In this document: one piece after another, positions 50,478 through 60,266 of the stretch
Layout: the number at the start of each line of letters is the position of its first letter
How positions within the stretch are numbered: the stretch's first letter is position 1
Assembly: GCA_965204095.1 (NCBI GenBank)
Contig: OZ241991.1
Location: forward strand, 2,376,720 to 2,440,719
From: Bryobacterales bacterium
GTDB taxonomy: Bacteria; Acidobacteriota; Terriglobia; Bryobacterales; UBA6623
Direction: 5' to 3'
Length of the DNA: 64,000 bases
Made by a program: the position numbers and the translations under genes
The notes under the pieces: model-generated
Told to the model about the DNA's origin: nothing
Seen by the model: only the letters and a program-made list of their open reading frames with translations
Database searches by the model: none

Positions 50478-52556
50478 TTACATCACTTTGGGCGAGGGAA
50501 TACCCATCGTGTCAAGCACGCGGGTGAGTTCGCCGAGGAAGAACCGCACCATCCACAGCAGGAAGGTTTTCCTGAATTCATCGGGCTCATTGAGAATATG
50601 GTGCTGGTGATAGAAGTTGTTGAACATCTGTGCGAGCCGGAAAGCGTAGCGGGCGAGTTGGGCGGGCTCTTCGGCCGCCACAGAGCGGTCGATGGTCCAC
50701 TCTCCGCGCGAGGCCTCGAGCAGAAGCTGCCAGCAGTCCTCGTGGGCGAGTTGCTCTTCAAAAGCCGTCCGATCGAGTTGCTTGTCGAAATCGGGGAGCG
50801 ACTCGCCGCGCTCTGCGAGCGTTCGCAAAATGTTGCGGGCACGAACCGACGCGTATTGAACATACGGCCCTGTTTCACCGTCGAAGCTGAGTGCTTCTTG
50901 CAGGTCGAAGGCGATTACCGTCTTCCTCGTGAAGCGCAGCATAAAGTAGCGGAGGGCGCCGACAGCGATTTCCGAGGCAATCCTGTGTTGCTCTTCTTCC
51001 GGCGTGTCGGCGTGGCGGCTGCGGACTTCTTCGAGCGCCTTGTCGATCAGCATGTCGATCAGGTCGTCGGCCTTCACGCCGAGTCCCTTGCGGCCCGACA
51101 CCTCGACGAACGAGCGCCTCCTGTCATCGTCGGTCAGTTCAATGCCAAGCTCGGCGCAGCAGCGCGGCGTCAGCGCCACCATCTCGTAGGAGAAGTGGAC
51201 CGAGTCACGCGCCTGCTGCTCGAAGCCGAGTGATCGCAGCCCGGCTCGAACGACATCCTGAAGGTAAGACTGCCGTACGTCGATGACGTTGTAGATTTTC
51301 TCGCCGTGTCCGAAGCGCGGCGCACTCGCGTCGCCTTCACCGGAAGAAGAGGCCCATAGCTCGCGGCCGTCCGTGTAGGTGCGGAAGGACACGTAGCGGA
51401 AATCCTTGTCGATCAGGCCGAACTTCCAAAGCTGGTAGGCAATGTCTTTCCCGACGTAAGTGACAGTCCCGTTCGAGCGGACAATAACCTTGTCCTGATC
51501 CTGGTCCTCCGTGATTTCCGATTGGTTCTCAGCGGAACCCTTCTTGCCGAGTTTCCGGGTCGTCTTCAGTGACTCTTGGAAGAGGCGAGCGGGCATGATC
51601 CAGCAACCCTTGTTTTTGCCCTCGGCTTCGAGGACGATCGCGCCCTGCTCTTTGAGAAGTTCAAAGGCTGAATCCCAGAAGCGTAGATGCAGAATCTCAC
51701 TCTCGCGAGGCAGCACATCGTACTCGACGCCAATGCGCCCCATCGTGTCAAGGTGCTTGTTGACGATGGCGTTTGAGACGATACGGCCCGTCTCGGCGAG
51801 TTCACCTTCATCGGATTCAATGGCGTGAAGAGTTGCGGCGCGCCACTCCAGAGATTCGGGATCGGCTTGATAGTGCTGCGAGGTGCGGGCGTAGAGGTCC
51901 CAGCAGCGATAATCGAAGCGAAGATCGGGGTCGTCGACAAGGGCCTGCACTTGCCCGGGTGTTTTCTTTTCCAGGAAGTGGAATCCCACGACGACGTCGG
52001 CTACCTGCACGCCGGTGTTATCAATATAGTTCTGGACTTCGACGGTGTGACCGAGCCGGCGAAGCATGCGAACGAGCGTGTCGCCCATGACGGCGTTGCG
52101 CAGGTGTCCGATGTGCGCCGCTTTGTTGGGATTAATGTTCGTGTGCTCGACGATGATTTTGGGGGTGCTTGACTCCGGAGCAGTGGCGGTCCTGCAAAGG
52201 AGACTCTCTCCATAGGCGCCGCGGTCGAATCGGACATTGATGTAACCACCAGCGGCGACTTCGAACGAGGCGACACCCTCGATAGGAGGAAGCTCGGCGG
52301 CCATCTCCTCGGCGATCCGGCGGGGGGCTCGCTTCAGCGTCTTCGCCAACGAAAAGCACACCGGCAGCGCGAGTTCGCCAAAGTTGGATTGCCGCGGCTG
52401 CTCGATGACGACGGAGATGTTCGCGTCATATCGTTGCCGAATGTGCGCTGCGACCGCGTCGCGTACACGATGGGCGAGAACGAGGAACACGGGAAGCTGA
52501 TTGGGCTGGGGCAGCGCAGCGATATTCGGCGAGCCCTTCGAGGGAGTAGAATTCAT
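50478..52556 (-). CDS. argS: Arginine--tRNA ligase
   Basis: 692 aa with the class I HIGH-type motif NPNKAAHIGHLRN and an anticodon-binding DALR-like C-terminus. Confidence 0.85.
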   Translation of the reverse strand: MNSTPSKGSPNIAALPQPNQLPVFLVLAHRVRDAVAAHIRQRYDANISVVIEQPRQSNFGELALPVCFSLAKTLKRAPRRIAEEMAAELPPIEGVASFEVAAGGYINVRFDRGAYGESLLCRTATAPESSTPKIIVEHTNINPNKAAHIGHLRNAVMGDTLVRMLRRLGHTVEVQNYIDNTGVQVADVVVGFHFLEKKTPGQVQALVDDPDLRFDYRCWDLYARTSQHYQADPESLEWRAATLHAIESDEGELAETGRIVSNAIVNKHLDTMGRIGVEYDVLPRESEILHLRFWDSAFELLKEQGAIVLEAEGKNKGCWIMPARLFQESLKTTRKLGKKGSAENQSEITEDQDQDKVIVRSNGTVTYVGKDIAYQLWKFGLIDKDFRYVSFRTYTDGRELWASSSGEGDASAPRFGHGEKIYNVIDVRQSYLQDVVRAGLRSLGFEQQARDSVHFSYEMVALTPRCCAELGIELTDDDRRRSFVEVSGRKGLGVKADDLIDMLIDKALEEVRSRHADTPEEEQHRIASEIAVGALRYFMLRFTRKTVIAFDLQEALSFDGETGPYVQYASVRARNILRTLAERGESLPDFDKQLDRTAFEEQLAHEDCWQLLLEASRGEWTIDRSVAAEEPAQLARYAFRLAQMFNNFYHQHHILNEPDEFRKTFLLWMVRFFLGELTRVLDTMGIPSPKVM

Positions 52557-52814
52557 TGTGCCATACGGGATCAGTACCGACGCGTGTTCCGAACCGGGAG
52601 TGCGGTGCGCTGTAATGACTTACCGTTTCTCCATGCAGGACGACCTTTCGTTGCTGGAGTATTGGGAAGTCGGCGATGAAATGGCTCAAGACGAATGCCT
52701 GGAAACTCGAGACGCGCGGCTCGGATTGACGTGCCGATTGGCCAAACAAGGGGAATTGTTTTCCAGAGATGGCCGCGACTCTGTGATCCATTGCACCACG
52801 ATGGCCATGGACCT

Positions 52815-52996
52815 TAACCTGTATTTCTCACCACCCGACGGTCGAAGCACGCGATACGACCGCCATGACTTCGTTGCGCTTGCTTGCCGTGCTCGATGTA
52901 CTGTCAAGTACACCTGCGCGCGCCAAGCGGCGCGCGCCTCGTCCTGACGGCCCTCTCACGCACTTCACCTCGCAGCGTGGTGAGAAATACAGGTTA
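52815..52996 (+). mobile_element. MITE-like repeat, short variant (copy 10, diverged termini)
   Basis: TAACCTGTATTTCTCACCACCCGACGG...CAGCGTGGTGAGAAATACAGGTTA. Substitutions in the two TIRs are compensatory (C>T paired with G>A). Confidence 0.85.
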
Positions 52997-53020
52997 GCTC
53001 CGACCGAGGATTCATCCACC

Positions 53021-54208
53021 ATGCCTGAGAACTTTCTTGCCTCGATCTACACCTATTCCTGGGATCTCACCGACGAGGGCCTCGACCGCTCACTCAACCG
53101 CATTGCGGACATCGCACATTGCGACGAAGTGATGCTTACACCCTCGTACCACGTATCGACATACTTTCTGCCTCACAACCCGACGCGGCCTCTGTATTAC
53201 GGCGAGGATGGAGCGGTTTACTTCCATCCGGACTACAAGCGGTATTCCCGTACTCGTGTCCGTCCCCGTGTAAGCGATGTGGTGGATCAAGAAGGCTATT
53301 TCGAGCGGGTTGTCGAAGCGATCAACAAGCGCGGACTCAAGTTCAGCGCCTGGATTGTCTATTGCTACAACCACTATCTGGCCCGTACGTATCCTGAGTT
53401 CGCGAAGCACGACGCTTTTGGCAATCCGTATCTCGCGCAGCTCAGCACGGCCCCGCCGGACACTCAAGAATATCTGGCCGCGCTGACCGAGAATATCGTT
53501 CAGGTTTACCAGCCGTCCGCAGTGCACGTCGAGTCGCTGTCTCGTCTGCGGTGGCGCTACGGGTTTCGTAATCCCAAGGTGCTGTCGGAGATCACCGATC
53601 GGGTGGAGTTTTTGATGGGATTGGATTTCAATCCGGCGGCCGTGGCTTACTGCACCAAACAAGGCTTTGACGGTCCGGAGTTCCAGAAATCGGTGGTGAA
53701 CTGGCTACGGCCGCGGTTGGCGCGTCTCCCCACGGAGAGTGACCGCGCTCCGGCGGATGAGGCCTGGATCAAGGAGGCTTTCGACGGGCGGCTCAATGAC
53801 TGGCTGCAGCTTCGGAGAAAACAAACGACGGAACTCTGGACACGGATCGCGAAGATCATCCATGACGGCGGAGCCAAGATTCAGTCCGTCTTGGCTACGA
53901 GTGAATCACAGCAGAGGACGGACATCAGCCCTTCTGCGAACCGCTATCTGGACCGTGTGACGGTAGGTCCGTTCCAGTCCGTAGCAGAAGGTAAAGCCGG
54001 CGTCCAGCAGATCAAAGGTGCGATCAACGAAGGTGGCGTCGTGATGGTTTCGACTCAGCCCGGGCGAATGACGCGAGCTGAGCCGTTAGAGGAGGAGGTC
54101 AGCATCGCCAAGAAGTCAGGCGCTGGCGGTTGCACTTTCTACAACTATGGGTTGCTTCGTGAAGAGCAGCTCGGGTTCGTAGGCTCGGCGATCAGAAGAG
54201 TCGCATGA
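53021..54208 (+). CDS. hypothetical protein (possibly a TIM-barrel glycoside-hydrolase-like fold)
   Basis: The start is at ATG 53021, just outside the repeat (the ORF-track start 52865 lies inside it). 395 aa, no motif I can name confidently. Confidence 0.5.
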   Translation: MPENFLASIYTYSWDLTDEGLDRSLNRIADIAHCDEVMLTPSYHVSTYFLPHNPTRPLYYGEDGAVYFHPDYKRYSRTRVRPRVSDVVDQEGYFERVVEAINKRGLKFSAWIVYCYNHYLARTYPEFAKHDAFGNPYLAQLSTAPPDTQEYLAALTENIVQVYQPSAVHVESLSRLRWRYGFRNPKVLSEITDRVEFLMGLDFNPAAVAYCTKQGFDGPEFQKSVVNWLRPRLARLPTESDRAPADEAWIKEAFDGRLNDWLQLRRKQTTELWTRIAKIIHDGGAKIQSVLATSESQQRTDISPSANRYLDRVTVGPFQSVAEGKAGVQQIKGAINEGGVVMVSTQPGRMTRAEPLEEEVSIAKKSGAGGCTFYNYGLLREEQLGFVGSAIRRVA

Positions 54209-54382
54209 AGCCTGCCGCCAGAGCGAGTGTCGAGAAAAACGTCAGTCCACTTTCGGGAAAGCCGACCACACAACCAAGGGATGGAGCCTTCACGGGAATT
54301 AGAGGAGAGATCCAAAAACCGGCATTCGACATGGGCTTCTTCGATCTGTTTGAGACTCACGCTCTCACCCATGCCATAATCT

Positions 54383-55345
54383 ATGCCGACAAGCATGACA
54401 ACCATGAATCACCTGTCACGCCGTGACTTTCTGGCCGCCGCGAGTGGCGCCGCCGGTTACCTTGCCTGCGGAGGTGGAGAAGGACCTCTCTCTTCTGAAA
54501 AAAAGGAAGAAGCACAGGCACGAGACTATCCGATCATCGACATCCATCAGCACTTGCCCTTTTCGGGGAGGCAGGCGGATACCCTGCTGGATCATCAGCG
54601 GACGATGGGGATCTCGAAGACAGTGATGCTCCCTGCTGGGCGCAAGTACGCCTTGGCGGCGGAGGCCGGGGGAAACGAGATCGTCTATCCGTTCGTGCAG
54701 GAGCACCTGGGCGAGTACTCTTTCTTCGCAAATGAGCTACCCGACATACCCGAGACGAGGGAAGTGCTTGAGAAATATCTGAAGTTGGGCGCCATCGGCA
54801 TTGGCGAGCAGAAGTTTCCGGTCGACTGTGACTCGAAGCACATCGAGCTGGTGGCGTCGATCGCGCAAGAGTTCGATGTGCCAGTCCTGATGCACTTCCA
54901 GCACGAGGCATACAACTTCCACATCGAGCGCTTCCACAAGATTCTCGAGAAGTTCCCCAAGGTGAACTTCATCGGTCACGCGCAAACCTGGTGGGGCAAC
55001 ATCGACAAAAATCACGACCAGGCCGTGATGTATCCGAAAACACCGGTAACGCCCGGCGGCATCTCCGACCGCTACCTGAGCGACTACGAGAACATGTACG
55101 GCGACCTTTCCGCCGGATCGGGCCAGAACTCCTTGAAGCGGGACGAGGAGCAGGCCCGGGGGTTCATCGAGCGACATCAGGACAAGCTGTTGTTCGGAAG
55201 CGATTGCAGCGATTCCGATGGCCGGGGCGAAAACTGTATCGGCGCCAATACGTTGGCCATCCTCAGGCGGTTGGCGCCGGACGACATGGCATTGAAAAAG
55301 ATCCTGCACGACAACGCGGCGCGCATCATGCGCGTCGGGGTGTGA
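54383..55345 (+). CDS. Amidohydrolase-family metal-dependent hydrolase with Tat signal
   Basis: SRRDFLAAASGAAG Tat motif. IIDIHQHL metal-binding start of the TIM-barrel amidohydrolase fold, and a late FGSD motif. Confidence 0.7.
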   Translation: MPTSMTTMNHLSRRDFLAAASGAAGYLACGGGEGPLSSEKKEEAQARDYPIIDIHQHLPFSGRQADTLLDHQRTMGISKTVMLPAGRKYALAAEAGGNEIVYPFVQEHLGEYSFFANELPDIPETREVLEKYLKLGAIGIGEQKFPVDCDSKHIELVASIAQEFDVPVLMHFQHEAYNFHIERFHKILEKFPKVNFIGHAQTWWGNIDKNHDQAVMYPKTPVTPGGISDRYLSDYENMYGDLSAGSGQNSLKRDEEQARGFIERHQDKLLFGSDCSDSDGRGENCIGANTLAILRRLAPDDMALKKILHDNAARIMRVGV

Positions 55346-55552
55346 GCAACCCGCAGCGGTTCTGTAGCATTCACGAAGCTGCAGGTCTGCCTCCCCTGTG
55401 GCCATGAAGGGGTCGCCAGCGATGAGGAGCTTGCCGGCTTGCCACAGTCCCAACAGATGTGTGTGAGGATGCGTACTGACGAGATGTTTTTTGCAACTCA
55501 CGGCGCGAACCTGCTGATAAACATCCGCGGCTCCGTTACTCCGGAATGACAT

Positions 55553-56875
55553 ATGCCCAGCCTCGAGAGAAGAACCTTCCTTTCCTCTGTAGCAATGGGT
55601 GCGGCTACAACGATTGCTGGTCCGGGCGCCGCACAAGACGGTTCATCGAGCAAACGATTCCGGGTCGGATGCATCGGCATGGGCCGTCGCGGACGGAGCG
55701 TGATGAGAACGGCGCTTCGGAACCCCGAGACGGAGGTCGTCGCCATCAGCGAAGTCTACGAGCCGAACATCGAGTTGGCTCTCAAGATGGCGCCCGGCTT
55801 GAAGGTGTATCGAGACTTCCGCGACTTGCTGGCGGCCAACGACATCGATGCGGTGTGCATCATGACGCCCGACCACTGGCACGCCTATATGACTGTCGAG
55901 GCCTGCAAGGCCGGCAAGGATGTCTACGTTGAGAAGCCCGTCTCGGTGACCGTCCATGAAGGCCGGATGATGGTCAAGGCCGCCCGCAAGTACAAGCGCA
56001 TCGTACAGGTCGGCACGCAGCAACGGTCCGGCAAGCACTTCGAGAAAGCGGTGGAGATTGTGCGAAGCGGCAAGCTCGGCGACATCAGCTTCGTGCGGAC
56101 ATGGAATTACGGCAACGAGTTCCCCGAAGGCATCGGCAATCCGCCAGACACCGACCCGCCCGAAGACCTCGACTGGGACATGTGGCTCGGCCCCGCTCCC
56201 AAACGCGCATTCAACAAGAACCGCTTCGGCTATAACCCGAATCACTACTCATACTTCCGCTGGTTCTGGGACTATGCCGGCGGCATGATGACCGACTGGG
56301 GCGTCCATTTGCTGGATATCGTTCTGTGGGCGATGGACGAGAAGGGACCGCGCGTCATCACCACCGTTGGGGGCACGTACGCGCTCCAGGACAATCGTGA
56401 AACGCCCGACACCATCCAATCTACGTACGAGTTTCCCGGTTTTGCATGCGTCTACGAAAACCGCGTCACGAATGCACAGTCGATGTGGGACCAAGGCTAC
56501 GGCATTCTGTTCCACGGTACAGAGGGAACGTTGTTCGTGGACCGCAGCCGTTGGGAAATCATCCCGGAGACCAGGCCCATCGCTGCCGGCAGCCGCCAAC
56601 GCATGGCGCGATTGATCGGAGAAAGCGGCGTCCGCGAGAACGAGACCACGACCGACCACTGGGCCGATTTCATCGAGTCCATGAAGACCCGCAAGCCGCC
56701 CAGGAGCGACATCGAGAACGGTCACCGCTCCACAGCAACCTGCCTGTTGGCAAACGTCTCTCTGCGGAGCCGCCAGCGCATCGAGTGGAATCCCGAGACA
56801 GAAACTACGGATAACAAGGAGGCCCGGACTTACCTGAGGCGTGAATACCGGCCGCCTTGGAAACTGGAATTGTAG
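55553..56875 (+). CDS. Gfo/Idh/MocA family oxidoreductase with Tat signal
   Basis: ERRTFLSSVAMGAATT Tat leader, FRVGCIGMGRRG Rossmann motif, EKP motif (VYVEKPV). Confidence 0.8.
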   Translation: MPSLERRTFLSSVAMGAATTIAGPGAAQDGSSSKRFRVGCIGMGRRGRSVMRTALRNPETEVVAISEVYEPNIELALKMAPGLKVYRDFRDLLAANDIDAVCIMTPDHWHAYMTVEACKAGKDVYVEKPVSVTVHEGRMMVKAARKYKRIVQVGTQQRSGKHFEKAVEIVRSGKLGDISFVRTWNYGNEFPEGIGNPPDTDPPEDLDWDMWLGPAPKRAFNKNRFGYNPNHYSYFRWFWDYAGGMMTDWGVHLLDIVLWAMDEKGPRVITTVGGTYALQDNRETPDTIQSTYEFPGFACVYENRVTNAQSMWDQGYGILFHGTEGTLFVDRSRWEIIPETRPIAAGSRQRMARLIGESGVRENETTTDHWADFIESMKTRKPPRSDIENGHRSTATCLLANVSLRSRQRIEWNPETETTDNKEARTYLRREYRPPWKLEL

Positions 56876-56921
56876 AAGGGCGGACGGCGTCCGGAATGGC
56901 TATGGGCTGCGTCGCTCCGCG

Positions 56922-57509
56922 CTACGCGGCTTTCGCTCGCTGGTGCAAGGTGTCGAGGGTCAGGCCGGAGGCGGCTCGGATGGAGAAGCCATAGCGGCGC
57001 TGCGGATCGTTGTCTCGCTTCATGTCGCAACCTCCCTCCCCAAAAAGCTTATTCAAGGCGGCTTCGATGGCGGGTCGAAGCATTCCATCCGTCACGTCGT
57101 TATTCGGAAACTGAAGCCGGTCGTTGATGCAGAACTCCCATGCTTCCGGCCTGAGTTGCAGTTCGGCGGGATAGGCCGGTTCCGCAACCAAGGCCTTCGC
57201 CAAATCCAGGCAGCGCCGGAATGCCTCGACGATCCGTTCGTCATTCGATCCGCCGAAGTCCTTCTTCCCGGCGTAGAGCACCCCGAGCCCAGGACGGTTT
57301 AGGTCGATCGCGAAGTTGCCTTGATGGCCGGCCAGAAGGATTCCCGGGCCTCGCGCCATGTGCGCATAGTCGGCGAGGTCGACCCACTGCGCAGGATGAT
57401 TCTTGTCCTGCCGCCATCGGCCGAAGATTACCAGGAATGGGTCCAATCGGAAGCCGCGCGGCGCTTGGGCAAGCATCTTTACATGGATACGTTGAAGGTC
57501 GGCGCTCAT
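56922..57509 (-). CDS. hypothetical protein
   Basis: The start is placed at ATG 57509 (MSADLQRIHVK...). I recognise no domain. Confidence 0.45.
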   Translation of the reverse strand: MSADLQRIHVKMLAQAPRGFRLDPFLVIFGRWRQDKNHPAQWVDLADYAHMARGPGILLAGHQGNFAIDLNRPGLGVLYAGKKDFGGSNDERIVEAFRRCLDLAKALVAEPAYPAELQLRPEAWEFCINDRLQFPNNDVTDGMLRPAIEAALNKLFGEGGCDMKRDNDPQRRYGFSIRAASGLTLDTLHQRAKAA

Positions 57510-57616
57510 CTTGAAAAAGCTTATCGGATTCCTTTCTGTGTGAAAATCGAGCCGGCGACACCGCATCGGTATCGATCAAGTGACCGACGGCTTGAGCCTC
57601 CATGTTGGCGGAAAGC

Positions 57617-57798
57617 TGACCTGCATTTCTCACCGCGTGGCGAGACGAAGTGGGTGAGAGGACCGTCAGGACGAGGCGCGAGCTGCTTGGCGTTCACAGG
57701 TGTACTTGAAAGTACATCAAGCACGGCAAGCAACTGCAAGGAAGTCATGGCGGTCTTACCGCGCGCTTCGGACGGCAGCCGGTGAGAAAAGCAGGTCA
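57617..57798 (-). mobile_element. MITE-like repeat, short variant, inverted orientation (copy 11)
   Basis: TGACCTGCATTTCTCACCGCGTGGCGAG...CCGGTGAGAAAAGCAGGTCA. It is the reverse complement of the other short copies. Its last 3 nt are the TGA stop of the sulfite reductase gene. Confidence 0.85.
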
Positions 57799-59928
57799 GG
57801 ACTGTGTATAAACCGTCTGGGCCTGCTCGATGAAGAGCGTCGTTTCTTCGACACGCTGGCGAGCCCTCTCCGGCGTGACGCCCTGGATCGGCTCATCGAC
57901 CGCCCGGAAGAAGTTGTCCGCAAACGGTTTGAAGAACTGACCCGTGTCGTAGAAGTGTTTGCGAAACTCCACGACCGTGTCGTAGCGGTCCGACAATAAC
58001 AGCCCACGGGTGGAGAGCAACCCATCGGACGCCTTTTTCGACGCTTCGAGCGACTTTTCCGCGGCGTTGCTCCAATTGCCTGCATCGAGAGCCAGGGTCG
58101 CTTCGAAGTTGAGCCGGTCGGCGTCTTCGAGCATGAACTCGGCTTGATCGACCACCTCGCCGGCGCACTCCCCCACGCCCAGCGACTTCTTGTATTCCCA
58201 CGGTTGACGGTTGTCTTCGTAAAGCTCCGGCGACTGCTCATAGGCAGTTTTCACGGCGTATTCCGCGAGTTCCTCCTTCATCCGTGAGCGGCCCATGCGC
58301 TCGACAAAGTCGTTGAAGCTCTCGCCTTGCTTCTTCCCCGCCGTATACAGATCGGTCAGCTTCGCAATCGCATCCGGAGCGTTCTTGGCGGCCACTTTAC
58401 CCACAGCCAAACCGTAGGAGGCGGCGTTGTTCTTCGTGGTGCCGCCGACAGTGATCTGGAAGACCGGCGCCGAGTGGATTCCCTTGCGCTGCACGGAACC
58501 GAACAGGCCGATGTCGGCGATATGATGCTGGCCGCACGAGTTGAAGCAGCCGCTAATCTTGATCTTCAGGTCGTCACGGTCGGCAAGCCGCGACAGGCCG
58601 TTCGCGAACTTCTCCTGCAGCACGGCCGCAAGACCACGCGAAGACGCAATGCCCAGCTTGCAGGAGTCCGTGCCCGGGCAGGCCGTCACGTCCGCCAAAC
58701 GTCCCGCTCCGATGTCGGCGAGTTCCAGTTCCTTGAGGCCCTGATGGAAATCCAATACGTCGCCGTTGGGAACCCAGCGAATCAGAAGGTTCTGCTCGAC
58801 CGTTGTACGGATCGTGTCTTGCACGTAGCGGCGGCAGAGGTTCGCCAAGCGCCGCAACTGATCGGACGAAATATCTCCAAGTGGAAGGAAGACCTCGACC
58901 GTCGAGTAGCCCTGTTGGGCCTGCGGCCGCACGTTGACATCGAGCCAACGCAGCAATTCGGGGGAGGCGTCTTCGGGTATCTTCAATTCTGACGGATCCC
59001 TGAGCGGCTGATCGTGGTAGTCGACCATCGCGTCGTCGATTTGCGCCTGCCACTGTGGGTCGTGCGGCAGCTTCTCGAGCTCGAACTCGACCTGCCGCTT
59101 GAATTCATCGAAACCGAGCTTGGCGATCAAGAACTTCATGCGCGCCTTGGCGCGATTCTGCTTCTCGCCCAGCCGCGCAAAAACACGCGATATCGCCTGC
59201 GCCAGCGGCATCAGGTCTTCCGCGGGGAGGAAATCGCTATAGAGCTTGGCCTGGAAGGGCAGCGCGCCCAGGCCGCCGCCGACAAACACCTGGAAGCCCT
59301 TGACCTGCTTGCCGCCGCTGTCCTGCACCTTCGCAATGGCGCCAATGTCATGCATGCGGGCCAAGCCGCAGGGGTGATCCCCGCAGCCCGAGAAGGCGAT
59401 TTTGAACTTACGGCCGAAATTCTGGGCGTCGGAGTGCCGTAGCAGAAAATAAGCCATCGCTCGGGCGTAGGGCGTTACGTCGAAGATCTCGTCCGTGCAA
59501 ACGCCGGCCTGAGGACAAGCCGTGACGTTGCGGACTACGTTGCCGCAAGCTTCTCTGGTGGTGATTCCCACACCGGCCAGCCGCCGCATCAGATTCGGGG
59601 TGTCGTTGATGTCGACGTAGTGGTATTGGACATCCTGGCGCGTCGTAATGTGAGCGACACCGACAGCGTATTCCTCGGCCAGGTCTGCCAGGCGGATCAT
59701 CTGGTCGGTGCTCAAAACCCCCATTGGGATCTTGATACGCTGCATTTGAACGCCGTCTTGCCGCTGTCCGTAGACGCCGTGCCGCAGCCGGAACTCGAGG
59801 AACACCTTCTCCGGCATTTGCCCCATCTGCACCCGGCGAAGCTCGGTTTCAAATACGTCGATCTCCTGCCGAACCGACTCAGGCAGCTCAGCCCAAAGAT
59901 CACTTGTGGTGGTTACCGCGCTAGTCAT
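57796..59928 (-). CDS. Ferredoxin-type nitrite/sulfite reductase (siroheme, 4Fe-4S) with a C-terminal extension of about 150 aa
   Basis: Duplicated NIR_SIR modules. The cluster-binding region is TACPGTDSCKLGIA...SGCFNSCGQH. Confidence 0.8.
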   Translation of the reverse strand: MTSAVTTTSDLWAELPESVRQEIDVFETELRRVQMGQMPEKVFLEFRLRHGVYGQRQDGVQMQRIKIPMGVLSTDQMIRLADLAEEYAVGVAHITTRQDVQYHYVDINDTPNLMRRLAGVGITTREACGNVVRNVTACPQAGVCTDEIFDVTPYARAMAYFLLRHSDAQNFGRKFKIAFSGCGDHPCGLARMHDIGAIAKVQDSGGKQVKGFQVFVGGGLGALPFQAKLYSDFLPAEDLMPLAQAISRVFARLGEKQNRAKARMKFLIAKLGFDEFKRQVEFELEKLPHDPQWQAQIDDAMVDYHDQPLRDPSELKIPEDASPELLRWLDVNVRPQAQQGYSTVEVFLPLGDISSDQLRRLANLCRRYVQDTIRTTVEQNLLIRWVPNGDVLDFHQGLKELELADIGAGRLADVTACPGTDSCKLGIASSRGLAAVLQEKFANGLSRLADRDDLKIKISGCFNSCGQHHIADIGLFGSVQRKGIHSAPVFQITVGGTTKNNAASYGLAVGKVAAKNAPDAIAKLTDLYTAGKKQGESFNDFVERMGRSRMKEELAEYAVKTAYEQSPELYEDNRQPWEYKKSLGVGECAGEVVDQAEFMLEDADRLNFEATLALDAGNWSNAAEKSLEASKKASDGLLSTRGLLLSDRYDTVVEFRKHFYDTGQFFKPFADNFFRAVDEPIQGVTPERARQRVEETTLFIEQAQTVYTQS

Positions 59929-60266
59929 CTATGCCTCCCCCAAGCAATCTCTACTAATTCGATGGGTATTATAGCATTTGTATCGGCCTGTTCCTGCATC
60001 CTCCCGTGAAAGGCCGCTCTATGGAGCGCCGGGATGTATGGACAGATCGAGAGATCACGCGGGCGCAAACGATCCCGTGGACCGACCGGTCACCGCGGGC
60101 AACCTGAGCAGATACGACCGCGATCAGCGGCTCGGAGCCCTTCACGGCGAAACCCTTGCGGGCTCGCCAACCCCGATCAATCCTCGCCAAACCCCCACTC
60201 CGTCGGATCAGGAGTATGCCGGAGTAAGGATTTCGCCACCCAAGCGCCTATAATAGAGCCCAGGCC

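Noticed and set aside
52557-52815. T-box leader upstream of argS (GUCGGUACUG about 30 nt before the start codon)
   Set aside because: Only GGUAC matches the T-box sequence (GGUGGUACCGCG). I could not build a specifier-loop/Stem I architecture. T-boxes are not expected in this lineage.
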